Source of the DNA: Camelus dromedarius
Taxonomy: Eukaryota
Direction: 5' to 3'
Length of the DNA stretch: 64,000 nucleotides
Assembly: GCF_036321535.1 (NCBI RefSeq)
Contig: NC_087436.1
Coordinates: forward strand, 17,360,001 to 17,424,000
A program made the position numbers and the translations under genes. Under the pieces are notes generated by a model. The model was not told the DNA's origin and searched no databases. It was given only the letters and a program-made list of their open reading frames with translations. Shown piece by piece: positions 1-12,165 of this stretch. The number at the start of each line of letters is the position of its first letter. The stretch's first letter is position 1.

Positions 1-1995
1 CTAATGGTGGCAGGCCCTAATTTTTGTAGAACTTATTTCTCACAACCGGGCATGCACCTATCTTACCCAGGTGTCAGGAGTAGCTGCTACTTCTGCTCAC
101 CAGGTTCAATCAGCATTACATCAACAAGGCAATGTCTAGCATGATGGTCTTTGGAATGGAGAGGCAAATAACACCCTTCTGGATCAGAGTATGATATAGG
201 GCTGAAGAGCTGACATACCCTTGAGACAGGATAGCAAAGACATATTCTTGGCCTTTCTACTGAAAGCAAACTGCTTCTGAGATCTTTACTAAAAGATACT
301 GAAAGGCATAGAAGAAAATGTATTTGTCAGAACAATGGCTATGTACCTGCTGCTTATTTTCTCCAGAAAGAAAAAAAAACATTGGAGTAGAGGCTACAAT
401 GGAATCAATATCTGATTTTGTGGGTGCCCACTATATACCGCAAGATCTAGCTGTCTTCTGTACTGACTGAAGAGGCAAATTGAAAGGTGATGTGATAGGA
501 ATAACCACTCCTGTATCTTTCAAGACTTTGATATTGGCAATGATTCTTGCAATCTCTCCAGAAAGCTCTATTGGCTTTGGTTTACTATTCTGATAAGCAG
601 AGTCACTCCCAGTGGCTTCCAATTGACCTGTCCTGTCATAGAGCTCTAGCTGCACAAATTAGGACTTAACATGAGAATTCTGCCTGTTGGTAAGTATATT
701 AGTCCATCTATGTACACATAACTGGTAAAATAAACCCATCATAAGTTTGGGCACCCAGTGGACCCACTGAGATCAGTGTGAACCAAAACTGTTCACCTGA
801 CATTTAGAATCCTTTACTCTGACTGGTGGACCATAGCAACATTTTGTGTCTTTAGGAATTAAGGTCAGTTCGGAGCCAGTGACCAACAATTCCCAAAAAG
901 TCTGGTTTATTTCTTCTCCTGAAACGCATAGTCACTTTGACAAATGGCCACAAATACTTTTGGAGAAAAGCTGGACAAGAACATTTACAGTGTAAATTAT
1001 CAGCTATGAGGCAGGATCTCTTCTCACGAATGACCTGGCCTCCACTTCATTCAAGGGGCTTTAGGTTTGTAAATTAGCTCAGTGCCGGGAAGTGGCTGAG
1101 AGGTATGACCATTATAATGATTAAAGTTAGACTTCCATTCACTAGAAGAGATCTTTACTATATATATACGTATCTAGTAATACTTTCAAAGTAGTAATAC
1201 TTTCAAAGGCTGTCAACCTATTTCTTTTTTGGGGACACATTGTCGGCTAACTCAAAACTCTTTGTGGACTGAGCCACTTTGTTTCTGGCCATTTGAAGTG
1301 TCACAACATGGTCCCTACCACTGCAGGGTCCCATTGTCCACACTGAATTCAGGGAGTCCAGCTTGATTGCAGCAGTTCCCATGGGTGTTTCTGGACCTCA
1401 GAGGACAGCCATCCTGCAGCTCCCTCAGAAAGGTATATTGCAAAGTCTTAGTGAGCAGGATGCTCTCCAGACATAGTGAGTTGGTGGTAAGCAGGTCCTC
1501 TCTAGAATTCCAACTTTGGTTGGGGTATCATCATTTTCAGGGTACAAAGAAAATTTAGTCATCTAACCAAGGTGACTGATAGAGCCAACCCCAGCTGATC
1601 AAGCTAAAACACTGAATCTAGAATCTCCTTTAAATACACCTATATTGAAAATACTCTATCTAATATATTTTCCACCCTTATCCAATATAACATATGATGC
1701 TTTCCCATCCACATTCCCAGGTATGTCAATATAAATTGGGGAAACCTAGTATTCATTTTAGTTGTCTTATGGGCAATAATTTTGTTTGGTTGTTGTATGG
1801 GTAATCATTTTGTTTGTTTAACTTTGTGGGTAGCCCTGGAGCCTACCAAAATTGGATTCTGGTTATAGGTCTGAAAGCAAAGAGAGACGGTAGAGCCAGT
1901 TTTTGAAGAGAATCAGACGAGCAAGCTCCAGAGGGGAGGCCAATATAATTTTTCAGGCAAAGGAGGTTAACGGGTATCCTCAGACAGAGAACTTA
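1..1995 (-). mobile_element. ERVL (class III endogenous retrovirus) internal region: decayed gag-pol, running off the left edge of the window
   Basis: ORF 431..655 IKVLKDTGVVIPITSPFNLPLQSVQKT resembles the ERVL RT N-terminus (recalled [27 protein letters not shown]). ORF 87..269 HCLVDVMLIEPGEQK resembles HYIDDIMLIGPSEQE with the YIDD motif destroyed. ~1560-1900 resembles ERVL gag (FASRPITR; EWILRVWDNGGRNI-like). Many stops and frameshifts. Confidence 0.9.
1175..1208. repeat. Perfect 17-bp tandem duplication (tagtaatactttcaaag x2)
   Basis: Read directly at 1175-1191 and 1192-1208. Confidence 0.95.
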
Positions 1996-2404
1996 GTAAA
2001 TGCTCGCTGGAGAGGCCAACATCCATTGCCACAAACTATATGTGGCTCCTCGTCCAGAACTTGAAGAGCTACAGGAGGAGCCTGGGCAAGAGCTGGAGCA
2101 GCTGCAAGCCCCGCTGATTCTCCATCAACCTGGGGAGCCAGCAGATCAGTGAGAACGTGCACCATCACCTGCCAGGGTACCATCATCTGCCAGGGTACCA
2201 TCATCTGCCAGGGTACCATCATCTGTCAGGGAACCCAAAGCCCACACAGACACTTAGGGCATAATGGCTGCTTCTGCCTTGTCAATCTCATGCAAATTTC
2301 TCTTGTGGTCAACCCTAAACTAAATCCACCAAGAAAGAGAATTCAGGAAATCACAGTCCCAATTTAACTAGGTTGATGCAGTAAGGAAAAAAAAAATCAT
2401 CACA
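1996..2404 (-). mobile_element. ERVL 5' LTR, LTR40/LTR41/LTR52-like, partial
   Basis: Minus strand starts TGTGATG at 2404 and contains tagggttgaccacaagagaaatttgcatgagatt...ggcagaagcagccatta, as recalled for the LTR41/52 5' end. Same orientation as, and adjacent to, the ERVL internal sequence. Left boundary approximate. Confidence 0.75.
2161..2235. repeat. 18-bp minisatellite, 4 copies (accatcatctgccagggt)
   Basis: Units start at 2161, 2179, 2197 and 2215; units 2 and 3 are identical. Confidence 0.97.
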
Positions 2405-2479
2405 GTTTCATATCCATATTAATGTGGATTTATACTCGCACATAAAGTGATATTAGAACTTTTTTTTTTCCTTTTGGTT

Positions 2480-2990
2480 TGAACTTGATTCACATGAAGT
2501 ATCAAATTCTAGCTACTGTTTTTTTCAGTGTCACAGTGAATTCTGATTGAATTATTTTCTTGCTGGGTTATTGGATCCAGCATTTGTATGGGTTCAGAAG
2601 AAATAATACAAAGTTTCAGATTTGAGTGGTCAATGAAAATCTTTGATGGTGTCCTAGATAAATACATGGCCTCAGTCTTCTTCAGAATTCCCATCAATCT
2701 GCATCATGATCATTTTTGCATATGGATTTCAAAAGCACATTTATGTGTAGACTAGCCTATTGAGGAAAAAATAATCCTCAGATACACAATGCATATTTTA
2801 ACACCATCAATGAGATCCCTTGCTGCATCCTCATGCATGGCTGATAAATTATTGAATGCTTTATTTACTCAATTCAAACAAAACTTCAATTTGTCACTAA
2901 TATTTTCATTCAGAATTGCAGAAGATGGGAAATTTCTAGTTTCAATGTCAGATCCAATATTTCTGTAAAGGAGAAAGCTGATTGGAAGGG
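2480..2990 (-). mobile_element. Ancient Ty3/Gypsy-type pol relic (end of RT plus RNase H), MamGypsy-like
   Basis: Colinear degenerate motifs on the minus strand, allowing frameshifts: KLKF..KAFNNL, DAARDLIDGV, KN..DA(E)LMGIL, ED*.H(Y)LS.TP.KIFIDHSNLK. These compare with the Gypsy motifs KF.W..AF..L, DAS..IGAV, NY...DKELLAI and EEWRHYL.G..TDHKNL. Confidence 0.65.
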
Positions 2991-5571
2991 AGGTGGTCTG
3001 AAGCTTCTTGGGATAGCTCTGTACATAATATTGGGAGAAAAAAAAGATCAAGGGTGAGGAAATTACACAGGTGAAGTGTGACCCTACCTTTTCCATTGAG
3101 CCACCCCAGGTGCAGCCACTAAATTTACTCTTGGCTTGCTGTTATCTAAGCCAATATCCTTGAAGGATCCAATTTAGTAAAGAACAATGATTTGCCCCCC
3201 CTGGTGGGCCAGCGATAAGAGGCATGGCAGTCCACGTTGAAATCTCTTCACTTATATTTCCTCAGCAAAGTTGGCATGAGGGATGGAAGAAAAAGGAGGT
3301 ATCAAGAAGACAGTCCATGGTTGAAACCTCTTGTCAGAACTGTGACTATCCAATACGTTTGTTTCTCTACTTCTTACAAGGTTTTCCAACAAGCCAGCAA
3401 AATTTTAATTAAAACCACGGAGGTGATTTGTAAATGTCTGAAAGGGGATAATTTATTTTTAGGATTTCATATTCTTGCATAGTTTCAGATTTGAATCTCT
3501 AGTACATTTGACAGAGGAAAGGTAGAAATGACCACTTTCACCCTATTTCTGCAAGTTGGATGGAAGGGCGCTGAGGATGTTGGGGATAAGAGGTGGTTTG
3601 TTGAGCCCGGGGAATAACTAGCTTTCTTCTCTTTTCAGCGAGTCCACTTACATACGGAATTTTCTCTAGACAGTTACTTGAAAACAAGTCACTAATTCTT
3701 GACAGTCGGGTTTCTTCAGTAGAGCAAGTACTAAATTTCTTAAACTTAAAAGACAGATAAATGTTCATTATTATGTATTCTTACGTCTACATGTAGTCTG
3801 GTTCCTTCAGTGAAAGTTTTCATACATATTATGACTCTTTCAAATTTTGCACATAAATAAAAATATATGTGATTAAAGGTTGTATTATGTAAGGGTTTTT
3901 TAAAATTAATTATCCAAATCAGAAGTAATCAGTGTCAATTATCAATGTATTAATCTGGATGGTCCAGAAAAGGGGCAGATAGAAATCAAGTCATCCCTGA
4001 TTCATTTCCCCACATATGTTGCTCTTTGTATTTTGAATTTTGGCATCTTTTTGTTTTGGAGGATGGCTAAAGTTTATCTTGAATCAAGGATTGCTTGAAT
4101 TATTTAGATGCTTTCACTGAAAGTCAAAAATAGCTGAAATTCTGGATACCACCTCCTGAGTAAATCTGCATTCCTCCAAAAAGAGGTTTTTTTGGGGAAA
4201 AAAAGATGACATCTGGGACCCTATTGATGACTTTCCTTAGCCATGAGACTAGGAACTCTTATGGCCCTTAAATTCTTTCAGAAGATTGACTAATTCAGGC
4301 TGAAAAAAAAAAGTTTTAGTTAAACCAACAGCCTAACTTAATTGACTAATTTTATTTTATTATATTTTGCTTTGGGTTGAATTGTGCGGAGAACATATTT
4401 TGGAAAAATGTCCTGATGAGTAATAAACGTGGGTTCTGTCAAGAGCTCTTCCATATAACAAACATCCTTTTGCTAAACAAACAGAGTTTTGCCTTGATTA
4501 TTATTGTTTCCATTCTCTGAAGTAAATGAGCAAGACGATCCAACAATCCAAATCTGTGCGCAGAGTCAAGACCCAAGACATCGCGAAGCCATTACTTGGA
4601 GCCAGTGAGGGTTGTCTCAGACCTTGCCCCTCATGCCTGGGCAGCTCTCCTGCCTCAATTTGAATGGAGGGAATGAACTGCTGAATCAACAGGAATTGAG
4701 TGACATCTAACAGGAATTGGGAAGTTAAATGGATGCTATAAACCATAATAACTCATGCATCTGGATGAGTTTCTCAGAGGATTTTCTTTTTCTAAGTTCT
4801 GAAGGGGGATTCCTCCAAGGGTAACAAAGGTTCACAAACAGCAGATCTTTTAAAGAAATGACTTTGCCTATAAGAGACTTAAGAGAACTGTCTGCCTGTC
4901 TCTGCTTGGAATCGCTGCCACCTCATGGATTAATGACTTCTGTGTCCTCCAGTCGCCTCATTATGTACCTCTGTTTTATACGAGTAGCCAAATGTATCAG
5001 AATACACTTTAATGAATGTGAGTCATTCCTTATTTTTTTTAATATGATTTAGACTCACTGGTTTGTAAGGAAGACATTAACTGGGTTAAAAATAATAGAT
5101 ACTACCTGCTGGAAAACCCATGTAGTAATTGGGCTTAATGCCAAGAGCATCAAAGAAAGGGGTGGGGGAAAGAGGGGTTATGATGGTGGAAAAAAAAGAA
5201 AATACCCCTTCAATTTTTTTAAGGTTAAAAAAATAGTCCATTTACCAGAAAGCTTAATTTTATAGTGCTGTGGATTCACACAGCCAAAAATTTTGCGACC
5301 ATATTCAGAACCACACTCAGTCTATTTTATAGTAAAGAATTCAAAATATCCATGTTTGTTTTCTCATAGAAAAAGAAGTCTCAGTCTTTCTGGTCATGAT
5401 GCCTTTCCCAAATTTTGCAGTTAAGTATCCCCAAGAGAAGCAAACAGGAGTCTGTGGTCTGAATTAGGTGTTTCAGTATTTTAGCTGCTTCTTCTGCTAA
5501 ACGATAGCTTCTTCTTAACAGTTAGTTTTAAGTTAAATCCAAAGTTCATGAAATGCATTTCTTTAAAGAGA

Positions 5572-5573
<2 letters not shown>

Positions 5574-5603
<30 letters not shown>
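5574..5603. repeat. (CT)n microsatellite, ~15 units
   Basis: Direct reading. Confidence 0.97.
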
Positions 5604-5607
<4 letters not shown>

Positions 5608-5609
5608 GT

Positions 5610-5755
5610 GTTTGTTTGGTTTAATACCTGTCTGCCCCGTTAAGAATGTTAAGTCCCATGAGAACAGGGACTTTGTTTAGTGCTTGATCTCTGGTGCCCA
5701 AAACAGAGAGGGTTTGGCCCACAGGGAGTAATCAATAAATATTTGTTAAATAATT
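5610..5755 (+). mobile_element. L2 LINE 3' end
   Basis: catgagaacagggactttgt...caataaatatttgtt resembles the L2 3' terminus. Confidence 0.75.
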
Positions 5756-6053
5756 GGCCAGAATATGGAGTTAAAATATGAAAATGAACTATTAAAATAA
5801 TTTTATTAAGGCATAAACCTGGGAACTAATGTTTCCCTTTACTAGACTTTTATGACATGGTTATTAAACATAGTCTGTAGGTGAAAAGCAGAGAAATTAA
5901 TTTCATGATTTTCACTTGAAAAGTGTAATTTAAGTGGACTTCTGAGATCAGATTTATTTTTAGATGAGACGCCATAAACTCCATCTCATTATATTGATTG
6001 GCTTCTTTGGCCAACTAGTGTCTGAAGTGGTATAAGTCCAACACGTTAGCAGG

Positions 6054-6470
6054 TTCATTCATTCAACAAATTAGTGTTAGTACCCCTGCTATGAAAGGCT
6101 CTTTGCTAAGTATTAGGTATACAAAGCTGAAAAAGATACGGTCTTCTCCTGAGAGTAGCTTGTGCTCCAAAAGAGATAACAATAAATCAAAATTGTAGCG
6201 GTACCTAATTTCTGTGATAAATATTCAAGTAGAGTGTCACCTGATCTTAGAGGGGTGCATACTAGTGATTTGGGAGGGTGGGGACAAAGAATGCTTTCTT
6301 GAGGAGATGATGTTAGGTCTATGTCTCGGAAGATGTGTGAAATCTGGTAAGATGAAGAAATGGAGAGGGACACTTTAGGCAGAAGGGACTGTATGTTGAA
6401 GGCAAAATGACTTGAAACACCATAATGCAGTTTGAATATTGCCAAGTTGTGCCCTATGATTGGGGCAAGA
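6054..6470 (-). mobile_element. L2 LINE 3' portion
   Basis: Begins ttcattcattcaacaaat (reverse complement of the L2 tail), followed by a purine-rich L2-like body. Confidence 0.75.
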
Positions 6471-6496
6471 TCAACCTGAGTTAAAACAAGGAGATA

Positions 6497-6662
6497 TGTA
6501 TAGCACAGGGAACCTGATTCAATATCTTGTAGTAGCCTATAATGAAAAACAATATGAAAATGAAAATATGTATGTATATGTATGACTGAAACATCATGCT
6601 GTACACCAGAAGTTGATATAACACTGTAAACTGTATTTCAATAAAAAAGAATGCAAATTAAA
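6497..6662 (+). mobile_element. 5'-truncated young L1 3' end with TSD
   Basis: tgtatagcacagggaac...gctgtacaccagaa...aataaa plus A-rich tail. TSD aaaacaaggagata (6483-6496) / aaaccaaggagata (6663-6676) at a TT/AAAA site. Confidence 0.9.
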
Positions 6663-8889
6663 AAACCAAGGAGATAATCTCATGCTTCTAGTGTGTCCAG
6701 ACTTTACCAGACTTCAGTAACCATCATGCAGGGCCAAGATAGGGACCCCTCAAGATACATTCCTTCTTTTGTTTGTTGGTTGGTTTTGAGTATCATTTTT
6801 GTAAACAATAAAGGAAAAACATGTGGCTTTTCTCCTGTTTTGTTTGTGAGATGACATTATGTCTGAGGGATTTTATCTATATCATCTGTTGAAATGGTCA
6901 TTGTCGGGTATTTATTTAGAGCAAATAAATCTACATAAACTAATTCTACTGCAAGAGCAATGAACTGTACATTTTGGAATGGGCTTCACTGAGAATATTC
7001 TGCCAATCTCTCCACAAAGGAGTTTTTCCAATCCAACTTAACAGTGTCCTAACTATGAGCTGGTCACAAACTCCAGTTTTCACTTGCAATTATAACTGCA
7101 ACTTATAGGCCATAGAAATGAATGAAAAAGTTAAATATCTTTAGTAATTTGTCAATCATAAAATTATAAGGTCATATTCAAAGAGAAGTGTCTTAAAGCA
7201 GGGAAAAAATGTGACAAATATAGAAAATTTGAATCAGACAATGGCAAAAAAAAAAAAAAAAAGAGGAGGAAAAAGGAAAAACAGAGTGGAGATGATGATC
7301 GTCAATCTGAATCTTGTAGCCTTTGGTGAAGGATGTATATGGTGTCCTGGAGGGAGACTGGGCTGGAGAGGGAGGAAGGAGGTATCATGAAGGACCAGGG
7401 ATCTGAAAGCCATCGGGATAAGTTACTCAATGTTGTGACATGCTCAACTTTTCCTTTAAAACTCGAATGTTGAAAGAAAACATTACCAGCAGTACATAAA
7501 ATATAGATTTCTATTAAATAAATCATTTTCAACATTTTCTTTCACTAATGTTTGATGTTGTCGGATAGCACTTGCCATTATGCGCTACTGTCTAAAGAAT
7601 GTAAAGTATGTCTCCACTATCTTCAATATAATTATTCTTGGCAAACATAGCTATATACACATATAATGGAATAATACCTTTGTATAATATCCTATTGGCT
7701 TAACATTTCTTTAAGCATTCATGTGATTTCTAAATAAACAGGAGAATTTAATTTTTGTTGTAGCATACATTCTTGCCTCCAGATACCTATACATTTGGAC
7801 CCAAGCAATATCATCAACTGTTTTTGTTTTCTTTAAATGCAGGAGGAGTTGGAAGGGAAGGCTTCCCTTCTTTTAGCCAGATAGGTGCTTTTGTACTGAA
7901 AGACACTTGCTGAAGCATCTGTATAATCTTATGTTTAATTAAGCACATTTTTGTCACAATGAGTAAAACAGCAGAGGCATGGTTTTTCAACCTAAGGAAA
8001 AGTAAGAAAACAATAAACAAAAACAGCAATGTAAAAGCTGATCTTCTATCCACCCACTTAGGCAAAAAACTAAAACAAACAATGGCAACTAATTAGTATT
8101 GGCCCTGGCAGTGATCTAAGAAGCCAAAAATGAAACACCCACAAGAGAAATGGTTCCTTCTTCACTGCACTAGTCTGCTTTTACTCCTGAATAATGAATG
8201 AATAAGATTCAAAAGATAATGCAGAAAATATGAAAGTGGAGTGGGGTTTTAACAAGAGAGCATTTAGACTTGTCCTTAGTCCACAACCAAACCTGTACAA
8301 TTTTTAATTGAACAATTTAGAATGTTCTGCTAAGATTTTCCAAGATGAGTGTTTGACACCTCCTTTTATCAAGTGATTTAGCAGAAAGAATAAAATATTT
8401 TAAATAAGTGAAGAAAGGAAAAGAAATAACACCTAACTCTTCTGGATGACATAGTAAACACTATGCCTTTGTCTTGAGGAAAGAACCTTAGGCACTCTCC
8501 TAACATACCTCACAAATATTTTATTCCCTGCTTTCTTTGTCAACAAATAGACATACCGTGGGTGGTACACACAAGTCCTCTGAAAAGCTGCAAAACTGGA
8601 TATTTTTTATTATGTCACATTGATGGCTTTCATTTCCATTTGAAGCTCTACGTCCAGTGTCATCACCTGTTTGCACTTTGTTCCCCCTCTTTGGCCTGAC
8701 CCTTTCCATTGCCTGTAACTTAGCTCAGAAACCTACAAGTCAAAGTGGAGATGAGATCTGAAACTTTTAGAGTACAGACACAAATGCTTAGAAGAGTAAT
8801 TTATTCAAATGGTCCTAAAAGAAGAGCCAGTCAACCCAGAAGAAGGTTAAATCTCAGGTGACATATTTGGGGATGGACTCACTGGAAAA

Positions 8890-9100
8890 TGCTTACTTAC
8901 ATACATGCTTCAATTTCCTTTCCAGCTCAAAGTGAGAGGGTAGTGAATTAAATATCCTTACTTGCATGTTGTCAACAATAATAGAAGGTATTCTTACTCT
9001 TTTAAGAAAAAGGAAATAAGTGATGAAAACACTCTTACAAATGAAATGGATTCACACAATTCCAGGCACCCAGTTAGTGCTCAATAAATCCTGTTCAGTG
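8890..9100 (+). mobile_element. Degraded MIR SINE
   Basis: 3' tail-like caggcacccagttagtgctcaataaat and a core-like ttcaatttcctt upstream. Confidence 0.5.
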
Positions 9101-10474
9101 ATGATGATCATCAGAGAAACTTACTTACAACAAACCCCAGGGGATTTGGGGAAACTAGCAATGTCTCATTTGCCAAACACAAGCTTGACCCCGACTCTGA
9201 TGCAGTGTCAGTATAAAACAGTAATGATGGGGGTAGCAGTGAACCTGAACATTGAATTCTGATTGAAATTCAAACCCAGCCATCATCAAAACACAACTCC
9301 CCGACTGCCATATATCCTTAAGTGACAGTGGCTCAAGTTTTATTCTCAAGTCAGGTTAAGAATCAAACTTAAAAGGATCTTGTTCTCTATTATAGTTAAT
9401 CTGTCACATCATTTTTCCTCAGAGCTTTATCAACTTTTCCCTTCTCAGCTGTGAAGATGTTGGTTCTCCACTCTACTAGTTAGTTTCCTGTTAAAAGGAC
9501 CTGTTGAAAAAACTTATTTGCTCTTTGGCATTTCTCATCATTTTAACTCAAGTGATTCTCACTACTGGCAGACAAAGAAACAATTATTAAAGCCATTGGC
9601 AAGTTTTTGCTTATTTGAATGAGTAATAAGTCTAGGCTGTAATCTGCAATAGGAGGTAGAAATGGAAGTCTTGATGCTGAGCATAAGCTCAATTGTAGAT
9701 GGTTTCCGTGAAAGAAAAACTCATTCTTAAGGAACAGGTAGTATTCTGACTCCCGCTGCCAACCCAAGTATGAAAGGGAGAAGCTGGAATCAGCAGACTA
9801 CACAGCATGAACTATGAACCTAACTCAAAGTAGATTCAATCAGAATGTATCTTTGAAAGTCAGCATGTCTTTGACAAGTTCAGTTTCCACTGAAATTAGG
9901 ATTCATATATATTCTGTGCTGGTATCATAGCATAAGGGCAGGAAACAGTAGTGTATGTTTTAGAAAATTCACTTTTTGCACTGAAAAATAAGTAGCTCTC
10001 TGGTGCAAAGGGCCACCTCATTTCAAGTTCAGTATAGGGTTTGCTTGGCTAAGTCTGCTCTGAAAAGACTGCTTAGGTACAATATAGTTTTGGATCTAAT
10101 TTGGAATTCTCTATCATTTCCAAATTTCTATTCTGAATAAACTCAGTGCTGCTGGGGGAGTATATTCAATTCTGAGAAGCAGTGAAGTGCCAAAAATTGG
10201 AAAATATGGTCTGAGGTTGAAAAAATAAAGCAAAACCATAAAGCAAAGATAAAAACTGCAAGTGACCATAAGGACCCAGAAGATGAGGCAGCAGGCCAGG
10301 GATGAGTGTGAGTGATGGCACTGTGGGAGTGCTGTGGTCCATGGAGGGAACCAGGCCACTCAAAGCTCAGGCACACAGCAATGGCCACCTCTTCAGCCAG
10401 TTATTACCATGTGAGATGCAGATGCAGTGTTGATAGAGAGGGAAAAAATAGTCTCCTGAAATTTTCCTGTTGTA

Positions 10475-11535
10475 TATCATTTTTCTATTTACGTGTAACA
10501 AAAGTTATCACAAATGTGATATATTAGTTTCCTAGGGCTGCTGTAACATATTTCCACAAACCTGGGGACTTAAAACAACAGAAAATTTTATCTCACAGTT
10601 CTGGAGTCCAGAAGTCCAAAATAAAGAGATCAGCAGTGTTGGTTTCTTTCCTAGATTCTGAGGGTGACACCATCCCATGACTCCCTCCCAGCTTCAGGTG
10701 ACTGCCAGAAGCAGTCGGCATCACTCCAATCTCCTTCTCCATCTTCATGTGTCCTTCTTTTTACTGACTGTGTCTCCACTTTTTCTACCCACCCTCATTC
10801 AGGATGATCTCATCTCAAGATCTTTAATTATGTATGCAAAGATCCTACTTCCAAATGAGATCACATTCTGAGATTCCCAGATCATATCTTTTGGTGGCCA
10901 CAATTCAACCCATAACACTTGGTGACTTGAAACAACACAAATGTATTTTCTCATAGTTTCTGTGGTCTGGAATCCATCATGGACTAGCTGAGTCTTCTGC
11001 TCATCATCTCAGAAGCTGAAATCAAGGTGTCAGCCAGGACTGCAATCTAATCTGAGGCTGTGTCCTCTTCCAAGCTCACTGGTCATTGGATGAATTCAGT
11101 TCTTGAAGGTAGATAACTGGGGTCCCCACTCTTTTGCTGGTTGTTAGCCAGGGGTCACTCTTAGTTGCTAGAGGCTGCTTGACACTCCCTGCCACATGGT
11201 CCTCTCTACAGCATGGAATAGAGAGTTTGCTCCTTTAAGGCTAACAAGAGAACATCTACCACAACTTTGAACATCTTACATTGTCTCAGGCCTCTGGACT
11301 CAGATTTAAATGACTTACTGATTAGGTCAGGCTCAACCAAGATGATCTCTCTTTTGATTAACTCAAAGTCAATTGATTAAAGACTTTAATTACATCTTTG
11401 CCATAAAACATAGTCTAATCCCATAAGTAATATCCCATTATAGTCACAAGCCCCTTCATACTCATTATGAGAGGATTATACAGGTCTGTACCTCAAAAGT
11501 AGGGCCCCTGAGAGCCATCTTAGAATTCTGTGTGC
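10475..11535 (-). mobile_element. MaLR MLT1 LTR (MLT1E/F-like) interrupted by a second MLT1 LTR
   Basis: gtgtaacaaaagttatcacaaa [insert] cttggtgacttgaaacaacacaaatgtatt...gctgaaatcaaggtgtcagccagg...gccatcttagaattctg. Confidence 0.8.
10519..10917 (-). mobile_element. MaLR MLT1 LTR (MLT1A/B/C-like), nested
   Basis: tattagtttcctagggctgctgtaaca...cttaaaacaacagaaa...cacagttctggag...ccacaattcaacccataaca, the typical reverse-strand MLT1 termini. Confidence 0.85.
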
Positions 11536-11869
11536 TGAAATGGGCTCTATTTTTCAGAAAAAGCATAATATACGTAAAACAAAAAATTTCATGGCCCATT
11601 TGTTCTGAGGTCCCAAAGCAAAGAGATAGATTGTCTAAATTGGCTCTAAAAGTAGATCAAAAGAGTGAAAACTATTTCAAAAAAAAGTGGTAGCATTTTA
11701 TAAAGAATATATCTAGACTTCCAATGGAATTAGTATAAAAAGAACAACCATTTTGGATGCTGATTAGTTTGTTTAAAAATAAATCAGTTTTATTTAAATA
11801 TTTTTAGTAACGTCTAATATGGAATTATATTGTCCATGCAGTATGTCCTTGATACATTGGTGAAAGTTA

Positions 11870-12165
11870 GCTGTATTGCATGATTCCATTTTGACTCAAA
11901 CAATAACAACACCAATGCCATAGCCACACATGTGTCTCTGGGGTACCTATACACATGTGCATAACTAGCATGCCTGTAGGTGTGCACAGAATAAAAGGGA
12001 TGAAAAGATACCTATTAACCCAATAACAGTGACTGGCCTTAAGTAGGGCAGGAAGAACAGTGGCTGTATTGTGTGGAAGACACTATACACGCCTTGGTGT
12101 CATTTCAAATGTCTTCAATGAACAAAAGTGGTTTCATAAATTTAGAGGAAACTTTAAAAATAAAT
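11870..12165 (+). mobile_element. Old L1ME-type 3' UTR fragment
   Basis: atgattccatttt...aataacagtgact...aaaaataaa follows the pattern of L1ME3/4 3' ends. Confidence 0.55.

Noticed and set aside
2161..2235. CRISPR-like array
   Set aside because: Units are contiguous with no spacers, the sequence is mammalian, and no cas genes are present.
1980..2367. ORFs with repeated peptides (MMVPWQ)n and (IICQGT)n
   Set aside because: By-products of the 18-bp minisatellite in an LTR; no gene context.
5610..6120. Tail-to-tail L2 pair as a miR-28/151-type hairpin precursor
   Set aside because: Arms are ~300 bp apart and poorly complementary; no compact pre-miRNA stem is visible.
10180..10315. Coding-looking stretch (SEVEKIKQNHKAKIKTASDHKDPEDEAAGQG) near a GTGAGT donor
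   Set aside because: Bounded by in-frame stops, no convincing acceptor, peptide not recognised.
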